Position numbers and translations under genes: made by a program. From Marsupella aquatica (taxonomy: Eukaryota; Plantae; Marchantiophyta): a DNA stretch of 64,000 bases. The notes beneath the pieces are model-generated. The model saw nothing but the letters and a program-made list of their open reading frames with translations, did not search any database and had not been told where the DNA came from. Shown piece by piece: positions 61,924-64,000 of this stretch (position 1 is the stretch's first letter; every line of letters starts with the position of its first letter). The DNA lies in contig OZ316892.1 in NCBI GenBank assembly GCA_973895155.1, positions 11,534,238 through 11,598,237 on the forward strand. The letters run 5' to 3'.

Positions 61924-62749
61924 CTGTAGATGCTTATTTTAGCTTAAACCTCTTGTGTCAAGAAAATTACTGGCCGGATACTGTGTTTAAGAAAATAAAT
62001 GAGTGCCCTATTTATCTTCATCAAACATAGGAAAGTGATGCTCCCATGGACCTAAACTGTGAACCATACAACCCCCATGGACCCTGACATTTTTTACTCT
62101 TTCACTTGTTAACACCCTTCTTGTTTCACAAACTTTCAACAACAAAGTTTCATCTTCAATCTGTGCTTTCTACACAGCGGAATTGGCTCTTCTTGGGCTT
62201 GTAGATGCAGCTTGGAAAGATCTTTCCAACGGGTCTAATATCTGTAGTTTTCATTAGTAATGAATTTCTAAAGAACCCTTCACTCAGTGTCCACACTTTA
62301 CACTTTCAAAAGTTTGTTAGTAGCTAACTTTGACATTTAGTACCTCTCTACTGTAGATATCCAATGTCATATTGTTTTCTTGGGTTAGTTAGAAAATGCT
62401 TGTAAAGATCTTTTCATTGAGAATTAAGAGATCTACAAATTTTCAAGGAGAAAAGTATAGTTTTTTGGTTCCATTTCACTCATGTTTGGAATGATGTTCA
62501 ACTGAGAATTGAGAGACCTACAATATTCAAAAGACAAATATACTCTTCTTGTCACATTTCACTCATGTGGGTAAATCTTTCTTACATCAACTTAAGATAG
62601 TTTTGCTACCATCCATCCGTGTGACAAAACTCTATAAGGTTGACAAACATGGAGGTCCATCCGGGCCCGCTATTTCAATCAACAGTTCCGATTTTAAATA
62701 ACATTAGATAATTTCGTAAAAAACAGAAACAAACAATATTTAATATCCA

Positions 62750-64000
62750 GCGCATGTTTACGCAAACCGGGATGGCACTCCGCTAGTCTAATTTGGAACG
62801 GTACGGTACCGTACCGTTCCGTCCTGTCCTGTACCGTACTTCAGTTGCACTCTACTATACTGTACTCTACTGTAGGATTCATCAATCGGCGCAGTGGGGT
62901 AGGGGTGGGGCCGTGGGGTGGGGGTGCCCATCCACGTCTGTCGAGGTACTCACTGGTGCAGCAGAGCGAATGTAATCCTTTGGTCTCTCCGAGCTTCTCG
63001 GCGCCACCGCCTCTGCTCTCCTGTCCTCTGCTCTCCTCTCCTCTCCTCTCCTCTCCTCTCGACTCTCGTTTCGTCTCGCTGTGTGTCTCGTGCCAAATGA
63101 ATGCAGGACACGGGAGAGGCGGAGGCAGGGATGGGAAAGAAACATGGATATTTAGATTAGATTGCTCGCGGATGGATGACGGGCTATTTATAACGAGATT
63201 CGTTCATGCACTCATTTGGTGATTTGTTCGGAATTGTGTTGTGTACTACTACTGACGAGCCTTTTCTCTCTGCTCGGGACGAAACTGGATGCGCATGATC
63301 GAGCGCCTGGCCCTGTGGTGGGAGGACGGGATCATTATTCTTTCCTGCGCTGTTCCTTCACTTAGAAATACAGTACTTTCCCCGGCGTTGGTGTGCGTTG
63401 AACTTTCGCCCCGATCGCTTTTTAGGCAGAATCTTCGTCTGGAGAGGCTGCTGTGGTGTATGCCCTAAACAATCTTTTTCGCCAACCTAGTGCTGTTGCC
63501 GCTCGTCGAACATTACGGGACTATAGTAGTCTCGTCTCGTCTCGTCTCGTCCCGTCGGGAGATCTTGGGCATGTGTGGAGGGAGGCATCTGGTTGAGAGA
63601 TTACATTCTGATCAGAAACATGTCGTGTGGCGCCTCTTACAGGACTGTGTTGGAATGGGAGGCGACTAATTATTGCGTCGTGCGCATGTGGATGGCCAGG
63701 AGATCATCCGTGGATGGAAGAGCTGGTTAGTTGGAGCTTACATCAAGACCGCAATGGTTGCCATTGTGACTTTAGATTTACCATCGTAAATGCCTCGCCA
63801 CCTTGAATGTGGAATTCGTCTTAGTTCACCAACTATAGTACAATTTTAGTATTGTAAACTCCAGGAGTATGCGAGATTCAGTTCTGTTGAATGCCCCTTT
63901 AAGCTCTGATCCCCCTGGATAAGGTGGCCCGTTTCTCCACTTTGCGCCATCTCTGCACCATCTCCTATCGCTGTCGACCACTCAGATCATCAGAGGCGGA
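62750..64000 (+). promoter_or_regulatory. Probable promoter and 5' leader of a gene continuing beyond the window
   Basis: CpG-rich segment with a G-run cluster at about 62895-62925 and a (CTCCT)n pyrimidine patch at about 63015-63060, resembling the 5' ends of the other genes here. Only short ATG ORFs follow and no CDS is recognised. Confidence 0.4.

Noticed and set aside
63080-63110. miR536-like sequence (TCGTGCCAA)
   Set aside because: Only a 9-nt match, with no hairpin partner visible.

Overview
This is eukaryotic land-plant nuclear DNA, most likely from a non-seed plant such as a bryophyte (an inference from intron-rich genes, long spliced leaders and RLE-type retroelement remnants). Six protein-coding genes can be reconstructed by hand with GT-AG introns and consistent phases: an XRI1-family gene (+, 5456-7546), a BZF/RING-H2 E3 ligase with a C-terminal membrane anchor (+, 14625-17115), a TIGR01589/A_thal_3526-family gene (+, 29698-31155), a GET2/CAML-like insertase (+, 36319-37227), UNC-50 (-, 43630-39550) and the m6A writer subunit MTB/METTL14 (+, 49339-54545). 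The intergenic DNA is a patchwork of MITEs, SINE-like copies, decayed RLE non-LTR retrotransposon fragments, possible solo LTRs and short tandem arrays. The most striking element is an intact 332-bp miniature LTR retroelement (TRIM) at 10812-11143. Its two identical 137-bp LTRs each contain a tRNA-like Pol III cassette, and it has an initiator-Met PBS, a PPT and a perfect 5-bp TSD. It sits inside a satellite array whose neighbouring unit shows the empty site. All family assignments come from recognising motifs by eye; no searches were run.
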